The translations under genes were made by a program, and so were the position numbers. Below the pieces are notes generated by a model, which was not told the DNA's origin, made no database searches, and saw only the letters and a program-made list of their open reading frames with translations. 64,000 bases of DNA. Origin: Phoronis australis (lineage: Eukaryota > Animalia > Phoronida). The stretch is taken from contig NMRA01000253.1 of the NCBI GenBank assembly GCA_002633005.1, positions 507,251-571,250 on the forward strand, read 5' to 3'. Of the stretch, positions 60,723-64,000 are shown one piece after another (position 1 is the stretch's first letter; every line of letters begins with the position of its first letter).

Positions 60723-62565
60723 TTAACTCAGAATATCCTTGTTAATTGTTCCCTCCTGCAGCAGAAAGTCATAAAGTTTCCTAGTCTTATTGACATCCAT
60801 CTTCAGCAGTGCGCGAGCCTGAGCAAGCTTCAGCAAACCATTCTTCTTGCATTCGTCCTCTAGTACAGATTTGCACTTCAGGAATGACATCGGAATCAGA
60901 CGAACAGTTGAGCATAGCTAAAGACAAGCAACAAACAAACACTTGAATGAATTAAGTAATTACATTATTTTATAATTTATTTTTTAACCACTATGAACCA
61001 TACTTCAAAAAACAACTTTCTTCAGTCCTTGAAATGTAAACAGTTGCAACAAAAGCTTGGCAACACTGTCAGGGCTGCTGTAAAAGTGACCTTTCCATAT
61101 GAAATTTCATTAAAACATGGATTACACACTTATAAGCTTCTCTTGACTGCCCCTCCCCCCCCAAAAAAACCCCAACCCACTCATACTGACAAAAAACTTT
61201 ATGGGCTGATCTGAAGTAATAACATTATTTTTTCTGAAACCTCGAATCACTTCAAAATCGAGTATGCAACAAAATGATATTTTATAACAAAAGTGGCTTA
61301 ATGCAACACTTCTTTCAATTTGGGACACAACTATTGCTGAAGTTACCATTCTCCAGAGGCTTATTACTTCCACTGCAAATGACAACAAGAGCAACGCAGA
61401 GCGTTGAAATGCACCAACAATTGCACCCTATATGGTATACTTCTAGGGTTGTTTATTGGTACCATAAAGTGGCCAGTAGAGGGCATATATGTAGTATGTT
61501 GTACTTTGCAAAATGGAAAGGCATGGTCATTGTCTCCTCAATAGGCTAGGGGCAAAATGTGAGTGATCTTCATAATATAAGCACTTCCTATACATCAGTT
61601 GCTTAAAGCACCACAAAAACATAGAATTAAAAACAAATTTACCACCATAAATTTAGTAAAGATCCTGCAAACGGTTTGGNAAAAAACTTTATGGGCTGAT
61701 CTGAAGTAATAACATTATTTCTTCTGAAACCTCAAATCATTTCAAAATTGAGTATGCAACAAAATGAGATTTTATAACACAAGTGGCCTAATGCAACACT
61801 TCTTTCAATTTGGGACACAACTATTGCTGAAGTCACCATTCTCCAGAGGCTTATTGCTTCCACTGCAAATGACAAAAATTTTATGTCACGGGTGACAACT
61901 ATAAAATGTACAAAATACATTTAAAGTAAAATTTGCTGAGAACTAACTTTTATCTTACTGATATCTAGATATCATCCAGAAACAATCTTCTCACAAAAAG
62001 TACTGTCGAGTCCCGCCCACATTGGCACCAGAGGATGGGGCATATTGAAACGCGGCATGCATAGTCATAACAATTGCCTGCATGCTTGAGCCAAATTTGG
62101 CTGATCCAACTGGGTTTTTTTACCATATCAAGCAAACAGCTGGACATTAGGACAGGATAATGGCAACAGGCATCCACATATTAAACATAATATATAAGGG
62201 CATAAAAATGTTCTAATGTAACTGCTACAAATATACCTCTTTTTCCTTGTCATTAAGTTTCTCAAAGCCAGGCAGATCCACAATTTTCAACGGAGGAAAG
62301 ACCCGGCGAGCTGTAAGAGAATTTTTTTTTGGATATCAAGAGTACTGTACAATAGGTTGGCACTATATTTGTCATTTAAGCAACATGAGGTGCCAGTTTG
62401 AACTCAGTTTTCTCTAAAAAACAGTTTGCACTTATTAATCAGTGTTTATCAGCCTTTCCATTCTGTAGTACCTGGCTGAGGTAAGGCAGTGGGTATCCCC
62501 TTGGACAAACTCTCAAGTGCTGCTTGCCGCTGGAGCCAGTTGGCGCATGCTGCTTCGTCCTGATA
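60723..62565 (-). CDS. TADA2A: Transcriptional adapter 2-alpha, last three coding exons (SWIRM domain); 5' part presumably outside the window
   Basis: Exons 62472-62565 (YQDEAACANWLQRQAALESLSKGIPTALPQP), 62237-62310 (ARRVFPPLKIVDLPGFEKLNDKEKE) and 60723-60917 (LCSTVRLIP...LKLAQARALLKMDVNKTRKLYDFLLQEGTINKDILS*). Phases are compatible and the text matches the remembered ADA2-alpha C-terminus. Absent from the ORF track. Confidence 0.93.
61191..61875. repeat. ~195-bp duplication across an n gap (61680); copy 1 is followed by a HINE-like insertion start
   Basis: 61191-61385 matches 61681-61875. Only copy 1 continues with AACAAGAGCAACGC. Confidence 0.88.
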
Positions 62566-64000
62566 CTGAAAGAAGAAGGTAACAAAAGCATTAAAGAAAA
62601 TTTAACAATTAGAATACTGCACCTTTTTTATTCACCAAACAGCAGTAACAGTAATGCAGCTCATGTCAATAATTTTTTGCCAACTGGTTGGAAAAGAGTT
62701 GGCTCTGACCAGACAAGCAGTGGTACACTACACATCATAGGCTTTAGTGCCACTTCTGATTGTGAAGACACTGGACATGATTTTAGTGAAATTCTATCAC
62801 AAAACTACGAGAACTGGGGATTTGTAATAACTTCACAAAAAAGAACAAATTTTGACACTTTTATAGCTCTCGTCTTGGTCCATACAACAACGATGCCAAC
62901 AGTGCATAAAAGTGCCATAAAACTAGAAAACGCAAACCTTTCTTTGCAGATACAGTTCCTCTCCACATGTATCCACTGAACTCGACTATCAGGTAAGTAG
63001 ATATAAGTAAGTAGGTAGTAGGTGGATACTAGATAGGTATTAGCTAGACCCTACGGAGGTACTAAAAAGGCAGGAGGGTAGGTAAGTAGGCGAGAAGGGA
63101 ACAGAAAGATGACAAGTTAAGCACTAGGTAGGCAGCTAAATAAAGTCGAGTATTTTCTTCCAATCTATGAGACTCGCAAATGAAGAATCAAAATTCCTAT
63201 ACATCATAAATTTATCCCAGATTGCGTACTTTTCAAAATCCGAAAACCAGCGCTGAAAACTTGCTTTACGATTGGTTGCACCAAGAATTGAGTACCTGCA
63301 TGTTGAAATTGTAGGATTGAGTGTAATATCACCCACAAACTGCTCATCAGAAACTGACCTGCACATGTCCACATTAGAATCACATGAACAAGAGTCATCA
63401 TCAGAAATGAGTGAGACAAAAGCATGCAACCGAAGATTCATGTTTTGTTGTTTTGCTGTTTACTCTGACGGTCACTAAATGATTTCACTTGGCTCAATAA
63501 CTGGCATTTGTGACATGACTAATTTAGTATGACATCATCAGATCAAAATCTGTGAGCCCCAGATGGCACACGATTAATTGGGTGTTGTTTCATGGAGGCA
63601 AAAAAGAAGTGAAGGTAAGACCTTTACATATAGTGGCACATTAATTTAAAAACAGAGGAACAAAAAACCCATTCCCAACCCAGCCCATTGTTTGATCAAG
63701 TTAAGTTCACTAATTTATTTTATTTTTAGACATTGGCTGAGATCAAAATTCTGACTATGCTGCTGCAGATTCTTCCTCACAGTGAACATAAAATCCTTCG
63801 TCTATGGAATATTTCAAAAGATTCGCCATTTTTCGTACACCATAAGTATATCCCACCTCACATATCAGTGAGAGTATGCCCACATTATGATAGCGGAAAG
63901 ATGTTAAAGCGCTGTAAACCACTAGGTTAAAACGTCCTGTTCTTATTACATGGGATCTGTACGTGGTGCTTAACTCCTGCTCATCAAAGATGTGCACGTC

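Noticed and set aside
62524-62979. 151-aa plus-strand ORF
   Set aside because: Non-ATG start, antisense to a TADA2A exon and intron, no recognisable motif.

Overview
AT-rich, repeat-dense eukaryotic DNA with spliceosomal introns, most likely from a marine invertebrate (inference from gene and transposon content). Three host genes were reconstructed by hand from GT-AG exons with matching phases. (1) A minus-strand astacin (M12A) zinc metalloprotease spread over about 45 kb: signal-peptide exon 54705-54773, then pro-domain and catalytic exons down to 9596. (2) An intact plus-strand 7-exon, 537-aa secreted berberine-bridge-enzyme (BBE)-like FAD oxidoreductase at 41704-47594, which appears to lie antisense inside the astacin's first coding intron. 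(3) The last three coding exons of TADA2A (minus strand, 60723-62565). The rest is mostly decayed transposons: several Academ(X)-like elements, a 6.75-kb foldback element built from palindromes, a deleted Ty3/Gypsy element with LTRs, PBS, PPT and TSD, ISL2EU/THAP remnants, a Harbinger-type MITE splitting an L1/Tx1 LINE, a CR1/L2-like fragment and Helentron-like non-autonomous elements. Three short duplications beside single 'n' gaps look like uncollapsed haplotypes. All family assignments come from motif recognition; no database searches were run.
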